Source of the DNA: Seison nebaliae | Lineage: Eukaryota | Assembly (NCBI GenBank): GCA_023231475.1 | Contig: JALJEE010000092.1 | Location: 1 to 64,000, forward strand | Reading direction: 5' to 3' | DNA length: 64,000 nt | In this document: positions 1-12,484 of the stretch, piece after piece | How positions within the stretch are numbered: the first letter of the stretch is position 1 | Layout: every line of letters starts with the position of its first letter | Translations under genes and position numbers: made by a program | The notes under the pieces: generated by a model | Databases searched by the model: none | Told to the model about the DNA's origin: nothing | Seen by the model: the letters and a program-made list of their open reading frames with translations, nothing else

Positions 1-665
1 TCGATTACTTGGTTCCTGATAATCTCAAAAATCAAATACCCAGATGCCGTGAACTAATATCCAACGACCAAGGTCGTGAATTCTTAATTTTTATTTATAA
101 TTTACCCTATAGGGATTTACATTTACAATAAAAAAAAAAAAAATAATAATAATTTCAGAATGATGTTTTTATTTGGTAACCGAAGTTTAATGAAAATGGT
201 AAAAGATAAACATGAAATTAGAATGCAAAGATTAAAATGTTCTTCATAATTGGAGTAGAAGTAATGGAGAATAAGAATAAATGGTAATAAAAATCAATAA
301 ACATAAAGGTAAATGGCAAAATGAATAAAATCTTAAAATTAATGTTAAGAAAGACAAAGGAATGAGAAAACCACTAAATTTTTAAGTTAAATTTTGGAAT
401 AGAAATTCTTTGTGTGCTGTCCTATAATAATCAATAAGGAGGGCAAATTAGTTGAATGATTATATCGAACGTATCTTTTGAAAAGTGGGAACTGGGACGG
501 AATATAGGAAATAGATTAAGAATCAGGAAAGATTGAAATTGGAATTCCATTATTTTGGTTGGAATTTTTTTGAAAAGAAACTAAATAAAATAAAATTCGA
601 AGGAAAACTAATTGAACTTGCACTAATAATTGATGGTGGGTAATTTGTGGAAACAAAAGAGAATT

Positions 666-1570
666 TTAAATTCCAAATATACCGTGTGCTACTCCCGCGC
701 ATGTCTCTGGACCAATTATAGGATTGACTAAGTCGACATAACGCATAATATCGTTCTCTTCATTCATAAGGAATGTTATACAATTAGTACAATCTTTGTA
801 TGAGCAAATATCTGTGTCACTTATACCCAAGATTTCAACTCCAAGTTCTGGTGGAGGCGCTTGCATATATCCTCGAGAGAATTGAGCTTTTCTTTCGGCA
901 ATTTAAGTAGAAGGGTATGAATATATAAAAAAAAATTATAAATGTAACAATCTAATACTACTAAATAACCGTTTGTAAAGTCCATGTATTCGTCACCCTG
1001 ACTTTTGTACATTCTCGTCGGTACTCCATATATAAGGTATAAATCCAAAGATGGTTCTTGTCTTAAAGTTATTGGCGCAGTCTGGGTGTCACAATTCATT
1101 ATATCATAATCAATTGATGTAGTATCGCCCAGTATAGTCATTTGGCCACTCCTTCTTACTGCTATAAACCATGACCAATATCTATTCCAATTGGGACCCT
1201 ATTTGAATGAAAGCAGGAGATATCTGGAATACTTCATCTAAACTCCTCGCACCTATTGTTGGTGTGAAAGAAATACGTGTCGCCTTATCTAGATAACAGC
1301 GAGTATCTGTCGTTGTCGTTGTCGTTGTCGTTATAAGTTCTGTAACGACAGTGGTGGAATTTCTTGTTGTACACACATTGACAAAAACCGTTCTAAAAGT
1401 TAATCATGAGAGTTACTGGATTCCAAGTTTTTTATTAGTAAAATTAACCTAGTACATGTGTATATGGTTGTTGTACTAACAGCATTTTAATTTCGTTTCC
1501 TGCATATCGGATACTTCCCTTGTTAGTTCGTTACTGTTCACCTTTGCAAAATCCAGATATGATATAAGTC
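666..1570 (-). CDS. Possible multi-exon lineage-specific gene or pseudogene with a Thr-rich tract; exon structure only partly resolved
   Basis: Minus-strand ORFs 1182-1376, 821-1141 and 666-866 can be linked in frame by short GT..AG introns (e.g. DFTN|AQFSRGYMQAPPP via a GTTATT donor near 969). The upstream exons do not phase cleanly and no family motif was recognised. Confidence 0.25.
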
Positions 1571-1576
1571 CTAAAC

Positions 1577-1701
1577 GGAACATAGCCAAATCTTTGTTTT
1601 TCACTTGGAATATAGCCAAATTTTTTTTCTTGACTTGGAACGTAGCCAAATCTCATATCTTCATTAGGAACTTAGCCAAATTTGGCTCCATTCCGGGAAT
1701 C
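1577..1701. repeat. 30-nt-period array of GGAAnnTAGCCAAAT (4 copies plus one inverted copy)
   Basis: Motif starts at 1577, 1607, 1637 and 1667 with variable spacers. An inverted copy TTTGGCTCCATTCC follows at 1681, and the array ends CGGGAATC. Confidence 0.8.
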
Positions 1702-2206
1702 GTCGTACTTATATTTATTATTTATACAATGTATATAATATACATCGTCATTTCAATTTCATCGGTTATGTTGAATCTCTTCAAACTCGTCATATTTGAA
1801 TTAAAACATTGGATATCTCATAACGATTGACATAGATAAATCGGATAACCAAATTAGGCAGTGAATTTTAGAATTTTAAAATTTTTTCATAATTTTGAAG
1901 GGCACTGGGAAGTTTAATGTTCTTATCTCTAATAGTTTCTAAATGGATGAAAGTTACTCACTTGTTAGCTGTAAGATCTAATGTAAGTCTATTACGGACA
2001 AATTGGTGCATTGATTCAACTCTATTCTTAAAATGTTTAACAGAAATCTAGTAGTTTACGAAAATGAATAATTTAGCCTGTTATTAATAGGGTAGCAAAT
2101 TAATCCAAGTCAACAATTTTTTAAACGTTATCCTATATGACATGCTATAGTTGTGCAACTATAACATATAAGAATGCAATTCGTACATAAGATAACATAC
2201 TTATTA

Positions 2207-2557
2207 GTGGTGTCCAAACGATAACAAAAAGTTATAAGAAAAAAACGGTTTGGTTTTAGAAGGGAATATGTCATATGGCAAAAGTAGTGAAAAATTCGGA
2301 AATTTCAGATGTATAAAAAGATTGGAGGTTATAAAAAAAAAACTGCCGGAATATCTGGAATGGTATAAGAAATTTAATGTAAAATTTTTTAATATTAGAA
2401 GGACGATAAAAATTTTACTTCATATTTTTTTTTCATAATTTTATTTTATTTTTTGATTTATGTGTTTGATTAAAAACTTGGTTGATAAACAATGAGAACT
2501 GTCCGCTGCAAAATTTTTATATAAGGTTACGATCTGTCCGGTTACCGTGAACAGCAC
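2207..2557. mobile_element. MITE-like non-autonomous DNA element flanked by TA
   Basis: Imperfect terminal inverted repeats (TA-GTGGTGTCCAAACGATAAC ... GTTACCGTGAACAGCAC-TA) resemble the termini at 17772-18176. Segment ~2492-2538 recurs in reverse at ~32277-32324. Confidence 0.55.
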
Positions 2558-2677
2558 TAATAATTTGTTTCTGAATTATGAGTGGAATAATGAAAATATG
2601 AATGTATCTTTATTTGAAGAAATCTACAACGTAAGAATTATATGCGAAAAGGAATTTATATACAGATAAGGAATGTT

Positions 2678-3376
2678 TCACAATCTCTTCACTCGTTTTT
2701 TTAGTTTCGGCAATTGTCTTCCAACTTTTGTATATTTAACGTCATTCTTGTCACCTTGTACCGACTTCCTCTTCTTCCCACTTTCCTCTACAGTTATCCC
2801 CCAATCATCATCAATCTTATCTTCATCAATGGTCGATATAATTTTCTCTTCTACATTATCTGAAATAAAATGAGATAAATCCTTAATCTTATTGTTTAAT
2901 TTATCTTGCTTTTCCTGAATGATAGTGTACGCTTCGTTGAACATATTTTCATCATTACATTTTTTCTCTTTACACTCTTTCATCAAATCCTCCAAACTGT
3001 CCATTGCTTCATCGAAATATTCTTTCGTTTTATCGAACTTGTACCAAATTTCGCCAGTTGTTGAAACGGGATGGAATTTATTATGGTCAATTTTCATTCT
3101 GTCAATCGTCTCTGAACTCGTTGAACTTATGTCGTACATTGTATTTTCAGTGAAAGTGGGCAAAGTTGAATAATCTGAACGACCAATATATTCCTCCAAT
3201 AATTCATCGAAATTTTCATTTAGACAACGCACATCATTGAAATAAACAAATTTGCCTTGCGCCAAACCTTTCTCATTTGTGAACTGTACTTTTAACATCT
3301 GATCCTTCTCATTTACCTTAATCACATCCACTTCCTGAATCATTCCATTGGAACGTTTAATTTGAAGATGAAACAT
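2678..3376 (-). CDS. 232-aa protein with a kinesin-13 (KIF2/MCAK)-like N-terminal domain and a predicted coiled coil, no motor domain
   Basis: N-terminus LQIKRSNGMIQEVDVIKVNEKDQMLKVQFTNEKGLAQGKFVYFNDVRCLNENF aligns by eye with the KIF2A N-terminal pattern (IKRSDGRIH..VT.LN....VTVEW.E.G..KGK.I.L..I..LNP). Single intact ORF with no P-loop or switch motifs. Confidence 0.65.
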   Translation of the reverse strand: MFHLQIKRSNGMIQEVDVIKVNEKDQMLKVQFTNEKGLAQGKFVYFNDVRCLNENFDELLEEYIGRSDYSTLPTFTENTMYDISSTSSETIDRMKIDHNKFHPVSTTGEIWYKFDKTKEYFDEAMDSLEDLMKECKEKKCNDENMFNEAYTIIQEKQDKLNNKIKDLSHFISDNVEEKIISTIDEDKIDDDWGITVEESGKKRKSVQGDKNDVKYTKVGRQLPKLKKRVKRL

Positions 3377-5190
3377 CCGTCTCCAAAGAATGATAAGACA
3401 ATTTCAAGATGAATATTTCAGAGGTTTCCCTTATTTACATCAATCTCCCTTCCGTAATACTCACCTCCCGTTTAATTCGAAAATACGGGAAGAATAAAAA
3501 TGTAGTGCTTCATTATGGAAACTGAAAAGTAGCATAAAAATTTCAAAAACTTAGTTCCATGATTGAAAACTCATTTTCCTTATTATTAGTCCTCTATCAT
3601 GTTTGGAATAAAGTTAATGAATTATTTATCTGATAATGTCAATTATAACATAGTTAGATTGTTTAGGATAAATTACTAATCTAATCTATAAATTATAATA
3701 ATATAATTATTCCTATCATCCTATCTGTGTTACTAGTAGATTAATTAAGATTGTTGAGTAAATAATTAAGAATAAATATATAAAACAGTTATATATATAT
3801 TTGACCAAATTTCAATTCGATTGTCGGAAAAATAATAGGAAAATATCTCGCTACATATTCTTTTAAAATTCCTTATATCTTCCCCTCATATTATAAATTC
3901 TCAATTCGTTTTCCTTTTTCTTTTCATGGACGCATCGAAAATCTTTAGTTTTGTCGGTATTCACTATGGAATTGTTAATTATTCTATTTCTCTTATCAAT
4001 GAGATCTTCCGTTTCAAAATGATAATAGGTAAGACGAAACTTTTATTAGTAGAGTTTAGTGGATCCAAATAAGGAAAATTCCTTTCAAGAAAGTTCCAAT
4101 ATTTTGCTTCTTTAGATATCAAGTTGACACGAAGATAAAAGGTTACAATGCTAAAATGGATTACAGAATTGTTTGGATTTAAATTTTGATTCATAAATAT
4201 AAGCCAAATTTTCAAATTATATTATTCGATAATGTAAATTGATTGTAAACGATTCGAACTAGACTTCATCAAGTCAACGAGAATTGTCGACGTGGAATAT
4301 TTTTTAAACAATACGTATACGTTTTATAAATATGCACAAACGAAAATGTTGAATTAGTTTATTTCAAAATAGAATTTCATTTCGAAAAATGAACATTTTC
4401 CGGTTATTGAAAAAGGAATTTGAGCAATAACCTACCATGTTGATTCCTTAGCAAATCGACCCTCTTTGGAGTTTGCTAAGGATGATGATGGTATTGGAAT
4501 TATATCGAATAATTTCACTTAAGGTTTAATTAATTAATTATTATTGCTTGTTCATTCTCTTCATCTCTTGTAGAAAAAATTACGTGAAATGCAATTTATT
4601 GGGAGGAAAAAATGTTACCAATTATGCTGATTCATTCCTGATATTTTCATAGAAATATTTAATTTCTTCTATTACCTCATTATACTCAATCTTATACAAA
4701 TAACTTCTATTTCTATTCAAATAAAATTTACAGTATTTCTCTACTATCTTCATTTTTAAAACTAAAATTTATGATTTTCCTGGAAATTTTTCTATTTCCC
4801 ATTTGTAAAAATTGTAAGAAAAAATTATGGCAACATCCCAATTGTGAAGGAAAGTGCGCCTAATTTTTCCTTTTTAACAATTACGAGCAGTTTGAACATA
4901 ATTAATTTCGAATATACTGATGAATTCAATATATTTTCGATACTTTCTACATTTGATCAGGACATCAGCACATCTACAAGTATCAATCATTGAGATAACC
5001 TTATGAGTATTACAGCATAATGGATTAATTGCATTTATTCTGAATTAAAGATCGTTCAAATTATATTTTATTATTATTTATTGGTTAAAATTCCCGTCGG
5101 GATAAACTTGAAAAAAGAGAAAAAAAATTACTGTCATCCTCAGTATCAATAAAAAGGCGTTGAGGTGTAATCGTATGTTGAGATGAAATT

Positions 5191-5820
5191 TTAAAAATCG
5201 GTTAGAGAAATGTTTCGAGATAACCCATAGTATCTGACAGTGTATGTGAAAACGGAATGGATGTTAAAAGGATGGATGTCGGAAGGATGACTAGAGAGTG
5301 AGTCGAAATTGTTAAATTTATCACGGGGTGAAAAAATACGACGACATAGAAGAATTGGAAGTGGTAGGATATTCACAGTGGCGAAAAGAAGTGAGCGATT
5401 CCATCTATGAAAACAGCAGATCATTCTCCTAATGAGCCGATTATAAGCTCGGTTCAAGGACAGAAAAGACCGATGAGAACATAGAAAGATAGTCTCCAAA
5501 GAATACAAATTTGTAGGCGGAGACGCATCTTTAACAGGACGAATTTGGATTTAGGAGAGAAGGAGAAAAAAGCCCTTCAGAATTTGTTTCGTATACGATC
5601 GAGAGCGGATGAGGAAAAAGACCGCATATCGATCAGTGAGCCAAGGAAGATAGTAGAAGTAGGTAGAAGAATGTTAGAGAACGAACGATTACCGGTTGAG
5701 AACAGCCAGCATTTCGATTCGTTAATAACAATCCCTCTTTCAGCAAGAAGACGAGATGTACGTAGATAGGATTTCTTCAAATCACGAAGGGAACATGCGG
5801 AAAAAAGAAATCACCAATGA
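5191..5820 (-). mobile_element. Degenerate 5'-truncated non-LTR retrotransposon (LINE) fragment, reverse transcriptase C-terminal/thumb region
   Basis: Translation shows LAERGIVINESKC, IFLGSLID, RIRNKF*RAF, LYSLET and LNRAYNRLIRRMI..RW...L...NILPL..LL.RR, the typical post-YADD run of LINE ORF2. It carries a stop and a frameshift. Confidence 0.7.
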
Positions 5821-6383
5821 CGATTCTATTACTTTCGTTGAGTTCTCATTTACTAACATGACACATATTGAGATGTCACTAATTTTAACTAAAGGTTTTA
5901 TTTAACGGATAAGTATATTTCCTGTTTCAACTTGAAAAAGAATTCTTCCAATATTTCTTTTTCATTCGTCCATATGGATCACGAACTAAATTATGTTTTT
6001 AAATGGTCTGATTATATAAAATTTATTTTTGGATTAGATGAATAATATTCTGATATTATACTTAATTAGAAACAACGAGATTCGTTTACTAGGAAGAACA
6101 GGTTTCCCTGAACAACTCTATTAGTTTCTGATGAATTTTACTGTATGACATGGGATAAATAGAGAATCTGAAAAATTTAAAAGTTTTACTATTGTAAATA
6201 AGAAGCTCGTTTCTTTCATTGAAAAGAAAGTTCTTATTGTAGAATTGATATTGCATTATTATAATTTCATTCATGTCTTTTTCAAACGAATAGAAGACAT
6301 TCAACACCAATTTACATATTTAAAACATTCAACTTTTCAAGAAATATTCGATAGTGATTCGTTCGTGATTTCTTAGAGAAGAA

Positions 6384-8935
6384 ATGTCAAATGAATTAAA
6401 GAACAACAATGTCAATCCATTTTTTTTAAGGAATGAAAATGGAATTGATTCTCATGAAGCGTTGAAACAATTTGGAGAAGCGAAAGAAAGAATAAATTCA
6501 ATATTTTCTGATGTTCGAAAACATTTCGGTGGTGTAATTAAATTTTTGGAAGGATGTCCATCAACTATTCTGAATGACGACGATTTCATGACGATCTCAG
6601 CGAACGAGGAACGATGTGCTTCCATCATTCATGTTCTCCAACGTGATCGGATGAAAGTCGTATTTTTCGGACGAACGTCCAATGGTAAAAGTACCGTCAT
6701 CAATTCAATGTTACATGATTCGATTTTACCATCAGGAATGGGTCATACCACCAGTTGTTTTTTACAAGTTGAAGGAACTGATGATGTTCAGGCGCCATTT
6801 ATTATTCATCCACAAACTAATAAAAGATTAACAGTTGATGATGTTGGATCGTTGGCGAGTGCTTTATCAAAAGAAAGTTTGGATAGTCATCAACTCGTCA
6901 CAATATTCTGGCCACGAAGTCGTTGTGATTTGTTAAGGGAGGATGTGGTATTTGTCGATAGTCCTGGTATCGATGTTACGCAGGAATTCGATTCATGTAT
7001 CGATAATTATTGTTTGGACGCTGATGTTTTCATATTAGTAGCGAATGCAGAATCGACATTAATGCAAGCGGAAACTAACTTCTTCTATAAAGTGACGAAG
7101 AAGTTATCGAAACCAAATATTTTCATTGTTCATAATCGATGGGATTGCGCCACAAATGAATGTGATATCTCTGCCGTTCGACAACAACATACAAAACGAG
7201 CGATCGAATTTCTCGTTGATCAATTGGCAGTTTATGGGAAAGAAGAAGCAGAGAAACATATTTTCTTCGTTTCAGCCAAAGAGATGTTGAGTGCGAGAAA
7301 AAAACGGAATCCAAATGATAGCTTCTCAGCTGATTTACATTCGGAAGGATTCAATATCCGTTCACGTGAATTTCAACGATTTGAAACGTCATTCGAAACT
7401 TGTTTGTCAAATACAGCTGTTCAAACAAAATTTGAACAACATACACTTTGCGGTGCTGAAATGATGAAAGAAGTCGATAGTTTATTGTCCAACATTTTAT
7501 GTGCCATCAATCAATCGATAAGTGAATGTGGAGAACGATTAATTGTTAAACGAAAAGAATTGGAACAATTCTCAAAGAAACGAACGAGTTTCCGAGAATC
7601 GACAGCGAAACAAGTTCAACTTGTTCTCGATGATGTTGAAAGGAAAGTTAGAAAGGAATTTTTGAATTTAATGAAAATCAAACTTGTAGGTGATGAGATC
7701 ATTTTCAACTGAACTGAAGAAATTGAATGAAATTGTTAATCGATTCAAAACTCCATTTCCCATTGATTTAAGACAAATTGATGAATATAAAAAAGTTGGA
7801 GAATTGAAAAATTGTTCGAAAATTAAAATATCTTTTTTTTTCCTTTTAGGAACTTCATAGTTATGTTCAGAAAACCATCACATCTAATATGAGTCAACAA
7901 CTTGATTTGACCATTCGAACAAATATGAATGCCATCATCTCTTGTATAAACGGTTATTAGACAATTATTTCTTTTATCTTTTATTATTTCGAGTGAGAGA
8001 GTGAGAGAGAGAGAGAAATTTAATTAAAATTCATTTTCCAGAAAGCGAATGTGTTCAAATGGTGAGTGAATTGAAGAAACAGAATTTCAAACGATTGAAG
8101 AATGATATCGACATAACTGCCGTCAAATATAATTTTGAGAGTTTTTGTGCGATTGATCGTTTTAAGTTAATTACTTTCTCTACTTCTATTCAAATTTCTT
8201 CTTCTTTTTTCAAGAGCGGATATTGTCTTTCGATTCTCTTTGAGTTTATCGAATTTATTGAAAATGTTCAGAAAATTCTCTACACCATCAAGATACAATG
8301 GAAGAGAAACGGAAGGAGATCTGGAAACATCAAGTCCAATTCCAGCGTCGGTTGCAATCATGCCGTTATTAGTAACTCAGATCGCTTCATTATCTCCTTG
8401 GTTGCTCGGTTCATCAGCTGTTGTTGTTACGGTGAAGACGTTGGGATATCAAATTCCCATTTTGTGTTCACTTGGAATTGGTGGATTATATTTATATGAG
8501 CGAGTAACGTGGACGTCAAGAAAGAAGAGGAAAGCATTTAATGATCAATATCATGAATTTATGAAAAGAGAATTTCGATATCAAGCCGAGTTGATTGGAA
8601 AGAGTGTTCGATTTCAAGTAGATCTGTTAATTTTTTAATTTATCATTCATTCAATTTCAATCAATATAATTCTCGTTATTTAGGAAAGCAACGAATGTTA
8701 TGCAGGAAGTCGATAGGATTATAGTGGATGAATGTGATGATCGTGAAGCGGAATGTAAAAATTTAAATACGAAAATCGATGCGCATCACCTTCTTGCTAC
8801 GAAAGCTCAAAGTTTATTGTTAGTCCAATTTTTTCTACTTTTCTTTCATCTCATTCATTCCGTAGGAATAACTCGCAATGGCTAAGGGACTCATTACATC
8901 ATTTCATCAATCGATATCTTAACATTGTCATCTGA
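6384..8935 (+). CDS. MFN: Mitofusin (Marf/fzo-type GTPase), 7 exons, 736 aa. Exons 6384-7646, 7690-7794, 7850-7952, 8042-8165, 8215-8625, 8684-8818, 8866-8935
   Basis: GRTSNGKS, DSPG, NRWD and FVSAKE GTPase motifs; ADIVFRFSL; membrane region ending GGLYLYERVTWT; C-terminal heptad region NNSQWLRDSLHHFINRYL. All six introns are GTT..AG and preserve frame. Confidence 0.95.
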
Positions 8936-9264
8936 TGATGATGATAATGAAGATAAAGAAATATATTTTATTCGTTTTCCTCTTTCGTTGTAATTTAAAT
9001 ATTATTAAATGATCTTTTCGTTGTTGTCGTTAAAAAGTTCGTCTATCCTTCCTCTTATATATGATGGCTAATTCATTTAAAGACTGATTTTTCATAGAAA
9101 AAATTTGAAGAAATAAAAAAATTTTTTATTCCCAATAAATTATTTAAATTAATGCACAATTCGAATTCGAAGAATTTGATCATCTATCTGACGGAAGAGA
9201 TTGAGAGTCTCATTTGTTTCCCATAATTTCATCTTTTCGATTTATCCGTTAAATGGTAAAGATG

Positions 9265-10605
9265 TTATATTCGTAGCACTCGAGTGATCCATTGACCAGT
9301 TTCTAACGATCCATATTCGAATCGTTCTCCATTGTAATCATTAAGAATGTCGATTGAGCTGGCATATTTCTGAGTGAAGGGATGACAAATGAGAAAAGGC
9401 AAATCAGCACGATCAGTCACCTCACGACATAAACAACGTGTAGTATAATCAATGAATGATTGAGGAAATAATTCAGTCGGTAGTGAATCCCAATCACTTT
9501 GAACGATGATCCACAACAAATCGAAAAATTGTAAATCATCATTGGGACAATCTTCGTTACTTTCATCGTCATCTCCTTCGATATTTGACGATAATTTTGA
9601 AATTGATGAATTTGAATTATATTCCTCTTTCAATTGTCCATTCTTCTCAAAATGTTCGAGAAGCGTTTCCGTTGTCATAAGTCGTTTCATTTCCACTAAA
9701 CTGAGTTGTGGTATAGGAAATTTAGAGACTGATAGTTCGATCAATGATAATCCTAATGACCAGATATCTGATTGTACTGAATATTCTTTTCCCATTAACC
9801 GTTCGGGTGACATATAAGATCGAGTTCCGATGAATGTCGAGACAATCGAATTTGTCAATTCACCCGATACACCTAAATCACATAATTTCACTTCACCTTT
9901 CGTATTACCCAAAATGTTCGACGGTTTTATATCTCGATGAATGATGTGGAAATGTTGTCTCAAATAAATCAACGCTTTCACCACACAATAATTTATGTAA
10001 CCGACAACATTCTCCGGTAATCTACCAGCGATCGACATTAACTTGTCAAACGATCCCCCATCCAAATATTCCATAATGATAGAAATATTCTGGTTTTCAT
10101 TGAACGCCGTATAAAATCCAACGATATAAGGCGAATTACATTGATGAAGTACTCGTAATTCACGAACAATCTGTTGTCTTAATGATTGTCGAGCATGATA
10201 TGGTATGATTTTCATTGCGAGAACTAAACCGGTGTCTTTGTGACGAACCGAACAAACTGATCCACCACTTCCAGCACCCAAATAATTAATTTTGACGAAA
10301 TGTCCACTCGACAATATCGCTCCCAGTCGTCGTTTATTGTTGATGAATTCTGTCATTCGTTCACGTTGTAATTGTAACGGACAAATGGTAGGTAAGGCTT
10401 GCATAATCTCTCTCCAATCGAATTGAGCACCATCGTTGATGGCTCGTTGCAATGGAGTTAAATCGCTTTCTTTTTTTCCTTTATTTTCTTTTCTGATTAT
10501 GAGTTTACTGTCATTCTCATTATCGGATATTTTCGATTCTTTCAATATTTGAATATTACTCGGTCTCTTACCTCTTAACCGACGAGAAAATGAGGCGATC
10601 GACAT
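9265..10605 (-). CDS. MAP2K1: MEK1/2-type MAP kinase kinase, intronless, 446 aa
   Basis: LGAGSGGSV, RQQIVRELRVLHQCNSPYIVGFY, HRDIKPSNIL, GTRSYMSPERL and YSVQSDIWSLGLSLIEL are MEK1/2 signature stretches. Basic N-terminal docking-like motif RRLRGKRPSNIQI. Confidence 0.9.
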   Translation of the reverse strand: MSIASFSRRLRGKRPSNIQILKESKISDNENDSKLIIRKENKGKKESDLTPLQRAINDGAQFDWREIMQALPTICPLQLQRERMTEFINNKRRLGAILSSGHFVKINYLGAGSGGSVCSVRHKDTGLVLAMKIIPYHARQSLRQQIVRELRVLHQCNSPYIVGFYTAFNENQNISIIMEYLDGGSFDKLMSIAGRLPENVVGYINYCVVKALIYLRQHFHIIHRDIKPSNILGNTKGEVKLCDLGVSGELTNSIVSTFIGTRSYMSPERLMGKEYSVQSDIWSLGLSLIELSVSKFPIPQLSLVEMKRLMTTETLLEHFEKNGQLKEEYNSNSSISKLSSNIEGDDDESNEDCPNDDLQFFDLLWIIVQSDWDSLPTELFPQSFIDYTTRCLCREVTDRADLPFLICHPFTQKYASSIDILNDYNGERFEYGSLETGQWITRVLRI

Positions 10606-12112
10606 CGAATTTTCTTGTAGTTTCTTGTAGGAGAAGGACTTTCTTATTTTAACGGTTCTTCAACAATTCCAAATTGTCCTTTCGATGTAATTTCTATTCT
10701 ACATCTGGTGCCGATTAAAAATGAGAGAGATATTTTATTTCACACACTAACTGATGGTGAGGAAATAATTTTTAATTTATTTATATCTCTACCAACAATC
10801 GTCGAATGTGCATCACATTCTTCTACTCTTATCAATCATCATTCCTTCCTCTTCATAGTCGATTAGTCTAAGGAAATGTGCGAGCGCATCCTCATTTACA
10901 TGCACATCTACTTTTCTTTCCTTTCTCCTTCCTATCTTTCCTTTGACATTATTACACTTTATCAAAATACATTACCATCTCTCTCTCCATCGCTCCTCTT
11001 CCCACTTCTTCCACCTTCTATATACACAACATCCGAAAATGAACAACAATAATTATTTTTATTGTCATTGAATTATCTTCCTACAATTCCTTTCCTTTCT
11101 AATTCCGACAATCTAATATCCCAATGACGAACATCCCAATTTATTTGATTTTTGATTATTCTTCTTCTTTTCTCCAAACTGAATATTAATCAATCTCATA
11201 ATATCTCCTCATCCATGCATCATTCCCATCAGTTTCCCATACATCATTCTTCTTCAAATCTCTCTGTTGGAAATAACTCATTTTTTGAAAATGTTCATTA
11301 ACATAATTGAAGTATTACCACACAAATTTAAAGTCTTCGAATTTTTTAGACGAAGCAAATGTTGTCAAATCTTCATTCAAAATTTGGTCAAACTTGTCAT
11401 CAATCAATAAAAGGTCTGCGAATGATCCATCAAGACCCATCAAATGATAAGACCCCATTCTTTTATTTAATTTATGAAAAAATGTCGGGAAAAAATCATA
11501 AGTCACTACTCATAATTGGGAATCGATTATTCTCAAACTCCAATGAAAATCTTTCATTGTTGTATTTGTCTTATAAATATAGGACATAAAATGAATTTTG
11601 TAAGGATTATAAGATGATCAAAACTGTTTTTAATTTAAACTCCTATTCTGACCTTCAATTTAAAATTCTCTCCAAAATTAGTTATATTTATTATTAAAAA
11701 TATATACCTAAAACAAAATCAACGAAATGTTAGATTGATTTTATAGTTACTTTATTTTTAATAAAAATCCAAATTAAGACAAACTGAACACGAAGCACCT
11801 AAATGGTCAATGATTCTTAATTGTTGACTAGAAATCAAATGAAATCTTTCTGTCAATTTAATTCTGTCATATGATCGGAGTTTGACGATGAACATTCCTA
11901 AATGATATGCCGATATGAACATCTCAACAGGTAGAATATAAGACCATCAATGAAACCACTACTACTAACACTTAATTTTCAAAAAAACAATTTCCAATCC
12001 GTATAGAACCAAATTTATAAAACCCGTTTCAACATAAACCATTCAATAAAATTTGACAAACATATGAAATTGATGATGTGGATGGTATCTTTTGCGGGAA
12101 CTAGGAATTCAT

Positions 12113-12484
12113 TCATTCGTCCCTGTGTTCTCCTAATCTTTCACCTTTTTCTTCATTCTCCTGTGGGATTTTATGAATTATATCGTCTTCCTCATCTGTG
12201 TCTGACGTATCTTCGCATGACTCCTTAAATGTTTCTTCCCAAGTCAATTTCTCAATTTTTCTCAATTTTTCTTCAAAATTATTGCATTCCTAAACCGGAC
12301 AAAATGAAGTTAGGGAAATATTACTCGTCGATTAGTAAAAAATTTTGTGCGTTTTTCGAACTAACCATAGTTTTTCCATCTTCTTAGTTTAGCTACAGGA
12401 ATCCAATTATTTCAAGGAAAAATAAAGAAAAAACTCAAAGTTTACATTACATTTTCTGGAAATGATTTTCATTGATGAACTCAT
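12113..12484 (-). pseudogene. Possible small 3-exon gene with one in-frame TAG (basic N-terminus, acidic C-terminus)
   Basis: ATG at 12484 and two phase-compatible short GT..AG introns give MSSSMKIISRKSKLRRWKNYG*FEKRTKFFTNRRECNNFEEKLRK...DTDEEDD...RDE*. No family recognised. Confidence 0.25.

Noticed and set aside
1577..1701. CRISPR-like repeat-spacer appearance
   Set aside because: 15-nt motif with 15-nt spacers, only four copies, eukaryotic context.
11315..11506. 63-aa minus-strand ORF
   Set aside because: No motif and no clear upstream exon in phase.
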